From NCBI GenBank assembly GCA_051362555.1, contig CM120647.1, positions 11,322,651 to 11,386,650 on the forward strand: DNA of 64,000 nt, read 5' to 3'. The position numbers and the translations under genes are program-made. The first letter of the stretch is position 1, and each line of letters starts with the position of its first letter. Below are positions 41,955 to 55,367 of the stretch, one piece after another. The DNA is from Lingula anatina (taxonomy: Eukaryota; Animalia; Brachiopoda). A model generated the notes under the pieces. That model was not told where the DNA came from, made no database searches, and saw only the letters and a list, made by a program, of their open reading frames with translations.

Positions 41955-43906
41955 TATCACTTGCTCTTTTGTGAATTGTAAAAACTTATTAAGATTGATT
42001 AACTATAAACTAAGTAAGCAAATACAAAACCATTACTTTGGACAGTCCAAAGTTAGACCTAGAACGTTGGTGGAAAGAAACAACTCCCTTATCGTCACAC
42101 GATTGTGGACAAGTTGTTGTTGTGCTAGTGTATATATGAGTTGATGCTGAGTGCAAGAAGAGTATAGAAGTCTATTTCTACGCCATGTTAAGTGAGTCGC
42201 AATAGCCTTATGACTTAATTGATAGCCACATACAATAGCCTCGTATACAGGTTGACGGCTAATTGATAGAGGTGCCTACACAGGAAATATTAACATTTTA
42301 TAATACTCCGCACATTAGTATCCATGGTTACCAGTCCCTCTCTCCATATAAAGATGTAGGTTTGTAATTTTATACGACAGGAAGACAATTAGGGTATATT
42401 CGTGCGTAGACACGACCAAACGTTTAGTGCGAACTGAAGCTCTTCATACACCACCGGTATGTAAGTATTGTTTTCTTATCAGAAATATTGGCGCTTTCTA
42501 ATCGTGAACAGTGGGTGATTTATTTATTGTTATTATCATAAGTTATTGTCTTTTTATTATATTATTTGTTATCAGTTAATAGAGAGACTGCATGCTGCAC
42601 ATTTAGGCCATGGCTTGTAAAGTTAATTTTTCTCAAACAAAAGATGCAGAATGAACACTCATTTCAATTGTTATTTTTGCAGCTTTGAGGAAATCCAAAG
42701 TGGTATTGTTTTACCTGCCTGGTTCTGAATGTTTATAAAGTTTCATCAGTTGGTGAATGATAGGAGTAATGATATTCTTTTGTCACAAACTGTAAAAAAA
42801 TTACTGACATGAGATAACGCGGAATAAATGCTGATTTGTGGCTGTTGTAACATTAGTAATTGACAGCCACGAGTGAATAAGTAGCGGGGAGAGTTTTGTA
42901 GAGGAACTTGAGTTGATTGACATGCTCTTATGATATTTGTACAACTGCGCGTAATGTGAACGGAGATAAGATTGCATGAAGTAGAAATAGAAATGAATAA
43001 AGCGGCGCGGGTAGCAACTGGATTGTAGTTAAATAAATAATGAGAAAGATTATAACTGAGTTGTATTTGCTACCTCGCGTATCAGCAAAAGATATAGTCA
43101 ACAACTTCGTCACACTGTCAATCAACGAAACGCGCACTTGCCTCAGGGACATCTGTGCACAATTAGGTATTGATTTCTCATAAAAATATCGATTGCGATG
43201 ATATATTTGGACAAAACGTTCCGCTTCGGCATATCTCTATCATTTTGGGTATTGGCCAACGCCCAGCAACCTTTACGGCATTTAGTCCATTTAATTATTC
43301 TATTTTTTATGATAAATTTTTTAACTTTTTTTTACATTATCAAAGGCAATGTTTATCGAAACCTTAGGTGTATACTTCATTTATGATAACAAGATATGGA
43401 GTCTCTATTTTCACCCAGAAAACTGTCACCATTCCGTTTGCAAAGAAGTCGATAAGTTCTCCGTAGATGACATCAGTCGTTGGGCGTATTTTCGAGATTC
43501 AGCATAAATCACCGTATAGATCTTGTATGAAAGAAATAAATAAGTACTGTAAGATTAAAATGCAGCTATAAATATCTACTGTGTTTGGTACAATGATAGA
43601 GCTTTCGGCTTGCACCCTTCTTAAGGGACTCAAAAAATCGATCGGATATAATGAATTGCCTTTTGCATGCATGACCAAAGATACATCTCAAAGCATTCTG
43701 AAAATTCTAGTCAAAAGGGCGTTCCTGCATTGACATAACAAAGGTCACGTCATCATACGTGAAATCTGCAGTTTTCTATCAAAAATCCGATATCTGGCCG
43801 CAGTTTTACATAACAAAGATCACGTCTTTAGATGAAATCGTACGATCTTATATTAAGAACCGTATTAGGAATCTAACTTTAGTATCTAGTTTCAACAAAC
43901 AAAGAA

Positions 43907-43974
43907 TGGAATTCTTAACACAACAGGAGTTGACCATGTTGTGGAATTCTTAACACAACAGGAGTTGCCCATGT
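43907..43974. repeat. 35-bp tandem duplication
   Basis: tggaattcttaacacaacaggagttg(a/c)ccatgt at 43907 and 43942. Confidence 0.9.
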
Positions 43975-44564
43975 CTGTGTTCAAAACAATCTTTGCGGTC
44001 AGAAATCATATAGCACCACCTCTGTCGTCACTGTCATCTTTTCCGACATTTATCCTCTGTATATCGCACGGATAACATTAATGGTTGATACCCGTCCCAT
44101 GTTTGTGAATTGTCATAAATCTTAACAGCCTTTTCGCGTGCGATTGAAGCATTGCAAGTCTGTACAGATTCGTCACTGAAGATGCAAGCGTAACACGCAC
44201 AACATGTCGATTGGACATTTATTCTCAAACTAGAGTTTTGTAAGTCTTCTTACGAAAAACGGACATAGCCATATATTTGTGTATGCACACACATGTACAC
44301 ATGCCACTACTCTATATTTCTTTAAACAGAAATGCACAACAAGGACGTTGTAGGGTTTGTAGTGCAACAGTTTTTACTGTAGTTAATGAGCTGCTTTAGT
44401 TATACAGCTGTATGGCAAACTCTTAAACCTTTAAATGAGCTTGTTGATAGTGATAGAGTTTCCAATTATTGGAAGTGAGAGATTGAGAAGATTAAAATAG
44501 ACACATTGCATTCCAGGAAGGACTGCTTTTGTGTCAAGCAATAGTTTTTTGGACAAGAGAGGCG

Positions 44565-47500
44565 ATGGCCCTTGAGCTAGCTGCAGTCTCTCCGTCGGAG
44601 AGACCCGTAGATGAGAGAGAACCCACCTGCAATGCCAGAAGCGAGCAGAGAGAGCAACGTGTGCTGAGCTATCCGGTCTCCCAGGCCAGCCAGTGCGACC
44701 TGCGTGAATTGGTGGCCGGCACCCAGGAGAGGGCATCATCAAAGGCAAGCAAACTGATAGCCGTCATGGTAGTGCCTCTGTGTCTTTTAGTCACCTTGGT
44801 CGGTATCAGTTTCAGTCAGTCTTACAATCGTCTGGATTCTGCTATCAAGACCGAGAGAAGTCTTGACGTGACCAACGGGGCGTCAGCTCTTGTACTGGCC
44901 CTGCAGAAGGAACGAGGCCTGACAGCAATGTTCCTCAGTTCCAATGGCTCCAACAGCGACGCCTTGGCTACCTTAGACAAACAGCGTTCTGAGACCAACT
45001 TGAAGCTTGCCAACCTTTCACAGTGGCCTCCTCAGATAACACTGGGCAGCAAGATCATGAAAGGCAAACATGTAAAACTTGAAGTTCAACAGGACTTGCA
45101 GCGGCATCGTCACACAGCAAACAGTTTAGGGGTAACAATCAAAGGCAACATCGAGTACTATACGTCACTTACCCAACAATTCATGAACTGGGGGATGCAG
45201 CAGCTCAGGTTGCATTCCGAGGGTGAATTGTGGCCACTGATCAACGCTGAAGGAGTGACTCTCCGCGCCACGGACGCTGCTGGTCTCCAGCGCGCCCTGG
45301 GCTCCACCTTCTTCACAATGTGTGGGTATACCAAAGACAGCTCGGTGTGGTTTTCAAACCTAGAGGGCCAGGTGGATACCTTATTACAGTTGGCTTTCAA
45401 CTACGACCCCGAGTGTAAAGACCAGTACGACCTCCTTAACTCAGAATCCCCGTACCTAGTGCCAGACATCCAAAGACAGAAGAAGAACATGTTGGGTGAT
45501 AGATTTGAAGAAGTCTGCCGCAATATGACTCTGGACGAAAGGTATCAGTATTATGGACCTATATTGTCTATTATGGCATTCGTGTTATCAATAAAGGTTT
45601 TTATATTCATTGAACTGTAAACAGAATGAGGTAGCAAAAACAATCAACAACTATTAAATGACTTATCTGAATATTTTCTTTTTAAAGAAATCATGAAGAC
45701 AAATACTTCATGACAATACATTATCCTGTTTCTTATTTAAGGTACAAGAACAGCATGGTGTGGTTTGAGAATCTGACCAACTACATCTCACTGCTCCAAA
45801 AACTACTCGAGAACAGTTCAAAACGTATCACACTGAGGCTACACGCATTAAAACAGCATTCCTCGCATATGTCTGCCATCTATTTAGTAGTCTTAGGCCT
45901 CACTGTCACCCTGTGTACCTCCACCACAATCTGGTACATCACCAGTATTCGGTCCGTTATGAAAACGCTGAAGGTGTACGCTGGGAAGGTGTCCCAGAAG
46001 ACCAAAGAGCTTGCTTGCGAGAAAAAGCGGACGGAGACATTATTGCATCGGATGCTGCCTCCCAGTGTGGCCGACCAGCTGAAGAAGAAGTGAGTTAATT
46101 TGTGCCAATACAATACAATACATAGCAAGCAATGCAATACCATAAATTAAAATAAGTAGATTAACTGCGATAAGTTCTTACATGTAGGCCTACATATGAC
46201 ACACCGCCGGAATACATAAGCCACGAGGGGTCTACCCGTGGGTGATTTTAGCATACAAGATTTTGTGACATGTGCACAGTGGGATTTCATTTGGTGTCCG
46301 CATTTATTATTACGCAATTATTATTATTATACTACTGATGGCGGCAGCGATACGTGCACGCTTAAGTATTCTTGTAGAAGTCGTTGACAGACGCACAAAA
46401 GGGTGACAATATCCGGCAATGATGTGACGTTAAAAATGTGTGCGTGTCTGACGTTACCAAAAAGTTTTTTTTTTTTGTAGAGCAATACACGTATATTTAA
46501 CGTTTTTGTTGCAGGAAAGAAGTTGTGGCGGAGTACTTTGACAGCGTGACGGTCTATTTCAGTGACATTGTCTCTTTTACTGCTATCGCGTCCAAAAGCA
46601 CCCCCAGACAAGTAATCAGGATGCTGAACGCTTTATACAGGTAAACTACTGGTGGCTCTTATCCTGTGAACTCTGCTTGGTATCACACAAGGGGCTCTCA
46701 GCTCTGCAAATTGCTAAATGTTTATGTGCTAGGAGCGGATTTGTTGCAAATGGCGATAACCTTCTTTAATTATTATTATTATTATTGTTGTTGTTGTTGT
46801 TGTTGTTTTGTGTGGACGCAGAATTACTCTGATTTTCCTTTTCTACCAGACAGAAATGCAGGTGATTTTAAATGAGAGAGCGTGGTTTGTGCCATAAGCT
46901 ATGTCCAACAGCTAAATGCCTTACAAGCCGAAGCCACACTAGAGGCGGGACTAAATTCGAATATCCGCAGATATATAAAAAAAAATAAATAAAAAATTCA
47001 TTCTCACGGCATTGAAGCTCACTCTGCCTCTCGTGTAACTTGGATATTTGGATTTTAGGTCATTTGGAAATGTTGAGCGAATTTTGAATACGTTTCAATT
47101 CTACTGGTTCCGCTTGATTTTTACCAATACATGTACTGATTCAGTGTGGCAGCATACCTTTCTAAAAATTGTGTAAAATTCTGCGTATTATAAAGTGATA
47201 AGTGACTTGCTTATCCATGTTTGCGTTTAAATCTAGGGTGGAGGAAATATTGCACACACTAACTTTATCACCATAGGCGCGCTGTTGAGATCTGTGCCTG
47301 ATAGAGCATTTGGTATGTCTTCCATAGAGCACTTACAAATCACTACAGAGTCAGACATTCAAGGACAACTTCTTGTATTTTTGTCATAACTGTTATAATG
47401 AACATTGTTCCGCGCCTCTTCTAGCTTGACATGCGTGTTTGAATGAATACACATTTCCATAGCCTTTAAACAATCAGGTCGTTTTTGCATTGTTTGGTAT

Positions 47501-49159
47501 CGCTTTCCGTTACGTTGGATCCTCTTGTCCAGCAGCTTGTACAGTGTATCATGTGCCAAATACGTGGAATTGACATGTATTGGCAATTATCACTTATTCC
47601 TGCTAATTTCTGCTGATTTTGACAGTTTTATTGTACACCATTGTTGTGTTTTTGTAAAATTGGACATGGGGGTGAAACACAGTTTTGTCATGAAATGACA
47701 GAGCATCTCAGGAAATCACGCAATCTACGACGCAGACTCAAAGGACATTTCAGCTTTTATGTATACTAATTACTGTAGCATTTTGACACCAACTCAGCAA
47801 CAATGACGTTTTGTATGGTTTGTCATACACCTGCCCATGGCATCACACGAGGGGATAACTCGAAGGGGCTTAGTGGAAATTGCTGAGTGTTTTTAAGAAA
47901 TGATGCAAATGATGATAAGCTTTTTTTTTGCATGAACGCAGAATTAATCTGATATTTGTTTTCAAGTAATCACATTTGCAGTAAATCAGCTTGTGCCTGG
48001 ATTATGATAGAAGGCTTTCTGCTTATGAAATCGGCTACCTAGCTGTCTGGTTTATGTAGTTCGAAATCTGTGTACTTGAAAGTGATTTCTCGAGATAGGA
48101 AAACATATACAGGAAATCACGCAAATAATTAGTTAGTTTAATTTCCACATATGATGTATTAAACTTACAAAACGATCCACTTTTTTATATAGTTTTAACC
48201 AATATTTAACTGATATTTAACCAAACTAAGTATTTTACATTTACATACGTCCGCAATATCAAGGGCATGTTAGCCTGAATGAATACACATTTCCATAGCC
48301 CTTAAATAATCAGGTCGTTTTTGCATTGTTTGGTATCGCTTTCCGTTACGTTGGATCCTCTTGTCCAGCAGCTTGTACAGTGTATCATGTGCCAAATACG
48401 TGGAATTGACATGTATTGGCAATTATCACTTATTCCTGCTAATTTCTGCTGATTTTGACAGTTTTATTGTACACCATTGTTGTGTTTTTGTAAAATTCTC
48501 TTTGTAAAAATCTCATTGTTATTCATTTAACTTTAAGAGCAAAATCAGCCCAATAATTTGTGCTAGTCCTACTCGTCTGCGTATTACTACGGAACTAAAT
48601 GAATTTCCTTTACACAACAATTTCAGTATGTTTGACGGCTGCATTGACCACTATGATGTGTACAAGGTGGAAACAATTGGAGATGCCTACATGGTAGTGA
48701 GCGGTCTGCCAGAACCTAACGCCGACAAACACGCCACTGAGATTGCACTGATGGCGTTAGAACTAATGAAACTGGTCAACAGCTTTGAGATACCGCATTT
48801 GCCTGGAGAGCGGCTAAGGATAAGGATTGGCGTAAATTCTGGTAAGATATCAACACAAGTACTCGAATTTACGAGTAAGGCCTTAAATACAGCAAGTGGA
48901 ACCAAAGATTGAGAGGGAACAATTCAGAACTTCAGACCCTAATGTAACAAGGAACATTGAAGATAGAATGTCGTTGGCAGGTTATATTACTTGTAAGGGA
49001 CACCCCAGATTTGTCTTTAAATAATTCTACGTTCACTTTCTGTTCTAGGGCCAGTGGCGGCGGGCGTGGTAGGGCTTAAGATGCCGCGGTACTGTCTGTT
49101 TGGAGACACTGTGAATACTGCATCCAGAATGGAATCTACCGGGAAAGGTAGCTGTTCTA

Positions 49160-49196
<37 letters not shown>

Positions 49197-50653
49197 CTGT
49201 TACCATGCATTTTCTGATTTCAGTGAATGTTAATGAGCACTTCTACGTCCATTTTCAGCAAGACGAATCCAAATCTCTGAGCAAACGCGAGATTTATTGG
49301 ACCCCAGGTGTGGGTTTGTGACGTCACATCGAGGTAAAATCTCAGTCAAGGTAAGGAAACGGTTCATTTGTATGATGCAGGTGCATATGCACGGAAATGA
49401 CATAAAAAGAAAATTCAAAGTATGTACTCGAATGGTGTAGTAACAACTTGATATTGCGGACGATTTCTCACCGATAATTTACATGTGATAAGTTTGCATG
49501 CATTGGCGCCATTATAATCGATTGATGTACGCATTCACAAATAAGTAACAATCATTGACATAAACAGCTAACTACATCATTAAATAAGTAACACAATTAC
49601 ATATATAACTGCATAAATAAGCCACATAATGACGCATATAAATAAAGTACTTCATACATGTACATGTAACTATTTGCTAGGTGTGATTAGAACGCTAAGT
49701 CTCTGCTCACAGGCAGATGTTAATATTAGTAATGCGCAAAATGCTTGACCGACCCGATGGCCTTGTGGTTAGAGTGTCCGCTTCCGGAGCGGGAGGACGT
49801 GGGTTCAAACCCGTACGGGGACATACCAGTCCTTTATAAACGGTACCTGCTGTCTCCCCGCTTGCCACTCAGCACTTAGGGGTTGAAGCAGGGGCCTGGT
49901 CTGGCAGAGGAGAAATGTTTGTTAGTTTGTTAGCTCTGAGCGCCTAATATGGCAGCCGGGCTCCCCAGGGAGGTGAGAGCGACTACCTGTATAGTGTGCA
50001 ACAGGACCAAAAATGACCAGGCTTCTCTGACTTAAAATGAAATTTGATTACCAAAAATAGTAAATAAATAAATAAATAAAGTATATTTATATGTATAACG
50101 TCAACCTTCGGTTTGCAATATTCCAATAAAGATTATTATTACTTACTCTCTTCTCCATGCCAACGAAATGTTAACTGCTCGACGTCCTGTGAATTTCCAG
50201 GAATCTATGGCCTAAGATAGTGATACCATTAACCCCGTCAACCCATTTCACCTGTGGCGCAGTTAGGCAGGTGTATAGTTGTAGATGAATCTTCTTCTAA
50301 CATTTTGGTGGTGTGCATGCGCTTCAAGACATTCAACACAACCTCTCAATCATAAATAGAACAAGTACCAAATGCGTCGAAGCACATGCTCATTTTTGCA
50401 CCCCCCCCCCCCCCCCCCCCCCATGGTCACTAACACTATAGTTTTTGTTACATGTAATGTGCTTTGTTTGTTTTAGGGCAAAGGACTCATTGACACGTTT
50501 TGGTTAATGAACGAGAGGGCGCACGGCGCGTCTCCATTGCAGGACTTCAACTTGACCATTGCCAACCTGGATGGATATATCAACGAATGTTTTGATGTGG
50601 ATGACGATGTTGAACCTGACCTAGTTGGCGGCATGCCCACCCTTGATATATAA
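44565..50653 (+). CDS. Membrane guanylyl cyclase with NIT (nitrate/nitrite-sensing) domain (NIT-GC), ~677 aa, 7 coding exons
   Basis: Exons 44565-45541, 45742-46089, 46515-46640, 48627-48841, 49049-49147, 49259-49350, 50477-50653 (GT-AG, phases consistent, 2034 nt). TM1 [20 protein letters not shown]; NIT motifs [20 protein letters not shown] and [12 protein letters not shown]; TM2 [22 protein letters not shown]; coiled coil [22 protein letters not shown]; cyclase [66 protein letters not shown]-specifying E and C are intact. Confidence 0.92.
47440..48497. repeat. Pair of 222-bp near-identical direct repeats (47440-47661 and 48276-48497) in NIT-GC intron 3
   Basis: Identical apart from 2 substitutions near the start (gcctttaaac vs gcccttaaat); 614-bp spacer. 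Confidence 0.92.
49748..50080 (+). mobile_element. tRNA-derived SINE (Meta/MESC-like core) in NIT-GC intron 6
   Basis: Pol III A box TGGCCTTGTGG (~49758) and B box GGTTCAAACCC (~49802). Core cataccagtcctttataaacggtacctgctgtctccccgcttgccactcagcacttagggg resembles the Meta-SINE domain (from memory). (TAAA)n tail at 50060-50080. Confidence 0.75.
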
Positions 50654-51316
50654 AGTGGACATGCGCAGATATGTCTCGATGACGAACACGGTTTTAACAT
50701 ACTCAAACAGGGATTTGAATAATTTATCAATGGCAACTAGAGAGCCACGCTGTCATGTATAAAATCAACGAAACACACTCTATGGTGCTAAGCAAGACAA
50801 AAGATTACTTTGGCATTGATTGTAAAATTTGCTCGGAAACGCCATTGTCTGCACGTTACAAAAGAGAAATGATGGAAGGGGGGGGGTCGAAATTTGTAAC
50901 TCTTTTCGATACCATTTCAAGTTCTTAAAACTCAGATATATTGTTTTTGTTATTAGCTTTTACAATCGCAGTTTTATGTTTGGCTTACGACACCTGAACA
51001 GTTAGACACATACCTCGTGTTTTTGCATTTTGGGAGACTGCAATTTTAAGCAGGAATATATTTTGTTACAATGAATGTAATGTGTCTTGATACATCAGTT
51101 TATTGTATAAAAATAGGAAGTTTAAGACAGACATACATCTCTCTTAAATGCCAAAGTAATTTGTTTAGTATACAATATTACGAATCACTGTTGTCCGTTA
51201 TCGTCCCGTTTCCTTTATACACTCAGAGGCAGATGTGAGCATGGAAAGTTGCGGATGCTAAATGCACCAGTATTAATATAATCAACACTGTCTTATTCTC
51301 GTGGTTAATCTCTTTA

Positions 51317-51631
51317 ATGCCCCTATTTCACACAGAATACGAACCACGATTATAAGTATAATCTTAGCTATTCTCGAAATTTCGAGGAATATTTCCTCAA
51401 GACCAGTGTATACAAAAACTCTGTCACCCCTTTACAGAATCGTGTACTAAAATGTACAAGGGAGCAATAACGATATCTTAGAATGGATTTTTTAAAGAAT
51501 TAAACAAGCTCTTTTTTGCATTCGGGAATTCTGGAGAAAAATTCGAATAGCTCATAACTTTTGCAAGAACCCTGGGATTAATCGATTCCTGGCATATCGT
51601 GGATTTCGCAGTCGGTGTGGAATAGGGATAT
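51317..51631. mobile_element. PIF/Harbinger-like MITE, TTA target-site duplication
   Basis: Left atgcccctatttcacacaga; right reverse-complement atatccctattccacaccga; tta on both flanks (51314-51316, 51632-51634). Confidence 0.7.
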
Positions 51632-52107
51632 TTAACCGGTCGTCTATTTATTTATGCATAAAACCATACTGTAACATTTAATATTATAACAAAAGCGATT
51701 TTAGGTATTTTTGGAGGTCCAGTTTGAAATTTAAGTATTACAATACCCCATTTTGTAAGTAAGGTATTATGTGTTGCCTTCTTTTTGGACATGATAATAC
51801 TGTAAGGAAATGTCCAACAATTATTTGGATACAGAATATTCATCAAACTCAGTGTCTTTATTTGATTGGAACACGCACCAGGTAACATTAAGGTTTGCAA
51901 GTAGGTTAGGAAATTGTTGCAGTGTATTGCTTTTGTAGAAATACCATATCGTACAGCGAGAATTTTGTAACTGAGATGATGCCTCTTTTTTTTCTATTTT
52001 CAACACTAACAACTGGAACATAAACGTTCCATACCAAGATTACAGACTGCGAACTTTTAAGCAGTTCTGGATGGATGGATTTAGTGAGGCTTTAAAGGAG
52101 GGGGTAG

Positions 52108-52434
52108 CACATTCGCACATGAGTGTTCCATATTTGCACATGCGTGTTTCACATTTGCACATGCGTGTTCCACATTTGCACATGCGTGTTTCACATTTGC
52201 ACATGCGTGTTTCACATTTGCACATGCGTGTTCCACATTTGCACATGCGTTTTTCATGTTTGCACACGCGTATTTTATGTTTGCACATGAGCGTTTTCCA
52301 CATCTGGACATGCGTGTTTCGTTTTTGCATGTGTGTTTCATATTTGCACATGCGTGTTTCATATTTGGATGTGTGTTTTACATTTTTGCACATGCGTGTT
52401 TAATATTTGCACGTGTGATTCACATTTGCACACG
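52108..52434. repeat. 21-bp minisatellite (~15 units, tttgcacatgcgtgtttcaca)
   Basis: Direct reading; gives repetitive spurious ORFs (HLHMRVS / MCKCETR). Confidence 0.93.
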
Positions 52435-52744
52435 TTAGACTCCTGTGCAGCTCACATTGTGCTTTTCCTCAGAGTCCTTATCAATTTTATTCCAACGCGT
52501 TTGTTTTGCTTAACGAGCTTTACTAGCACTGCCAGAGCAGATGACCGTTAGTGCTAGGTATTGCTTTCATGGTGCTCAATAATTGTACGGTGTGTTGGTT
52601 AATTTGTGGGTTATGTGGTTAGCATGGGCGTTAGTGCTAAAAGATCTGCGGGAAGTGTTAGTAAACGCCTAATCCGTTTATGAGGCCTGATCTAACGACA
52701 TGATTTTAAAGGGACCAGTCGGATTGAATTGAATCTTAATATTA

Positions 52745-53560
52745 TACGTCTTTATTTATAATGAACGTTTTCAGCCATACGTGAAGAGGATCTTCAGATC
52801 AACAATTTCTATTGTTACCTTCATCAACAATGGTAAATATTCTATTTGTTGATTGCGGTAGTTTTCAAGCTTTTATTAAACTGTTTAATTTATTATTGTT
52901 GACACAGTGTGGGGCAGTTTACTGCAACAAAGAAATTCGCTTTGTTGCACCAATTAATTAAAACTTGTTATTTTCTATATACTTTAGGATTGAATGGTTC
53001 AATAGAGAAGTTTTCTTTTAGATATTTAGGTTTCATCATTTGTCCAAATTTTGTGAAAGTAAATGTTGTGAAAATTTCATCCACCACATTTTTCAAAGTG
53101 TTCCAAGTGAGAAGCATTGCGCACGGTTGAAGATTGAATTTGTTGCTTACACTGATGCTCATAAGTTAAGCAGAGCTTACTAATATAGAACCGAATGAAC
53201 TTTGACTGAATTGAAGTACAGAAAATACACAACGCACCTAATGAAACTTTCATTTCTTCTACACAATGATCCTCGAAAAATATCAAATAGGTTGCTCGAT
53301 CTTTGTGTTTTATTTGCTGATGGACCATCACTTAATGTTCCTCGGGTGTTTTTATATCTTTATATATTAGTAAAAGTATGCATGTGCTTATTGTGGGTTG
53401 AGATGCAGTTATTGGTTTTTTCCTGGATTTCCTTAAATTTACTCGTTCTGGCTTCAAAATTAAGGAGGCAGTCCATATTTTTAAAGATTTCTTGTTTCAG
53501 AAATTTTTCTGATTTTACAATTGAAAAAAAAATTCACTATTTCAATTTAAATTTTTAAAA
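52745..53560 (-). mobile_element. Degenerate Penelope-like element remnant (GIY-YIG endonuclease C-terminus plus terminal region)
   Basis: Frameshifted minus-strand pieces ..ATYLIFFEDHCVEE.., ..EHQCKQQIQSSTVRNASHLEHFEKCGG.. and ..KYLKENFSIEPFNPKV.. follow the PLE GIY-YIG pattern (YxIxC..C.EE; H.QQI; EH...CG; KE..FI..F.P). A CTGAAGA...GAAA motif lies downstream at 52763-52797. Confidence 0.55.
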
Positions 53561-53849
53561 AGAAGTAGTTTTCAACACGCAGAAATGATTCTCCTAACAT
53601 TAAAAAACAGCTGCTTTAGGAAGAACGATATGTTACACAAATAAAAACAGGAGACTGTAGTTAGACGAAACCTGGAATAAACTGATATAGAGCAATGTTT
53701 TTATTATTGTTGTTTTTTTTTTCAATTCTGAACGGTGGATATAAAGACAAGAAGAAACATTTCGAACAAACCCAATACCATGAAACCAGAATATATTTTT
53801 CTGGCACCAACCGTTAACACATTCCAGCAAGTTGTTTCCGGAATGATTC

Positions 53850-53912
<63 letters not shown>

Positions 53913-55367
53913 AACACACGCTCGCACGCGTGCTCACACGCATCAAACTGTTTAAAGATGAAGTGATAATAGTTTGCAAGGAATAATTTTGCCATTCAAC
54001 CGTGAACTGGCGGCTGCATGAACACATTTGGTGCTGCTTTTTGCTAAGACGATTCAATGCAATGCTTGCCCCAAACCATCAAAATGAGGACTCCCATTAT
54101 TCTAAGACTCACTTTTGCCACTGGACAATATTATATTTGGAAACGTAATGTAATATAAAGTGTTAGTATCACGGGGAAGCAGACTAATACCTTTTGGTTT
54201 ACATGTGCCAGAATAGGTCTTTTTTCTGTTTGTTAAGAACAACCGGAGTATTATGTGTAACATATTAATTTTTTTGTTGTCATACAACATGTAATACCGC
54301 TTTCTATGGATTAAATCTGTAACATAAATTTACTTTTACCACTTTTAATCCCGATGTCTCACACAGTCAGATCTCACCTAACACAATTTCCAGTGTGGCC
54401 GTAGCAATCACGGTAGCTCTGCAGAGTTCATCTAGATTGTGCTGATAATGAGGCATGATTCTGTATATGTTATGTAAGTGTTAGTTTCAATCAACAAATA
54501 TCACACCTTTTTTCTACCAATTCTGATACAGTAATTATCAGGCTCTGATCCATGCCTTGCATCGCCTCTCTGAAGACGCTCGGAGTTCATCAAAATGGAG
54601 TTGACAGGTTTTCATTTTGAGTCTGAGCTTCTTGAAAATTGATAATCTGAACATCTATTGTCCGTCATGTATTTTGTAGACATCTGAAATATATTCCACA
54701 GCAATAAAGGTCGTTTGTTATGAAATACTTGTCAAATGGGAATGTTATGTTCAACTCAAGTCATAATGATTTTGAGGCTTGCAAATAGAATCGAATCAGT
54801 GTGTGTCAAAGTGGGACAGGCAATGTGAGGCACGCTTGGCCGTTACAAACCAAACGACAAATGTGAAAACTCTAATGTGCACCTAATAAAAATAATTATA
54901 TCTTGAAAATATTTGTTCCTATTATTCACTGATTGATGATTGTGATAAGAAAACCGATATTACTGCCTGCTAACCTGCAAGGTGCCTAAAGTGAGTGCAA
55001 ATCTGTGACATTGTCTAAATGAAACACTTGGTTTACCTCCGGTACGTGCCAGTTCCTTAACTTTTGGATCTCCATCATGTTGCACGAATATCTGCAATCT
55101 GTAGAGAGTCCTTCACCAAGATCGTCTGCAAGGATCGGCAGTGCTGGGCAGAGAGTGATCGTTTCACAATCAATCCTCCGGGAGAACGATGGACCATCTC
55201 ACAACAAGCAATCAATTGCACGACAAATATAGTAAATAGCACCAAATGGCATAGAGAGAACTTTAATTAATCTTTTGCCCTAATAATGACCCGAAGATGC
55301 GAGAAAGTTTAATAGTGAAGCTGGTGATATTTTGTTGGATAAATAGCAGCTGGAGAGTAACAGTCAG

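Noticed and set aside
33000-42300. Many short ORFs in the intergenic region
   Set aside because: No recognisable domains or splice-consistent structure; AT-rich sequence with probable decayed transposon fragments that I cannot classify by eye.
49752-49825. tRNA gene
   Set aside because: A and B boxes are present but no clean cloverleaf or acceptor stem; it runs into a SINE core and tail.
52040-52551. His/Cys-rich repetitive protein ORFs
   Set aside because: Artefact of a 21-bp tandem unit that stays open in several frames on both strands.
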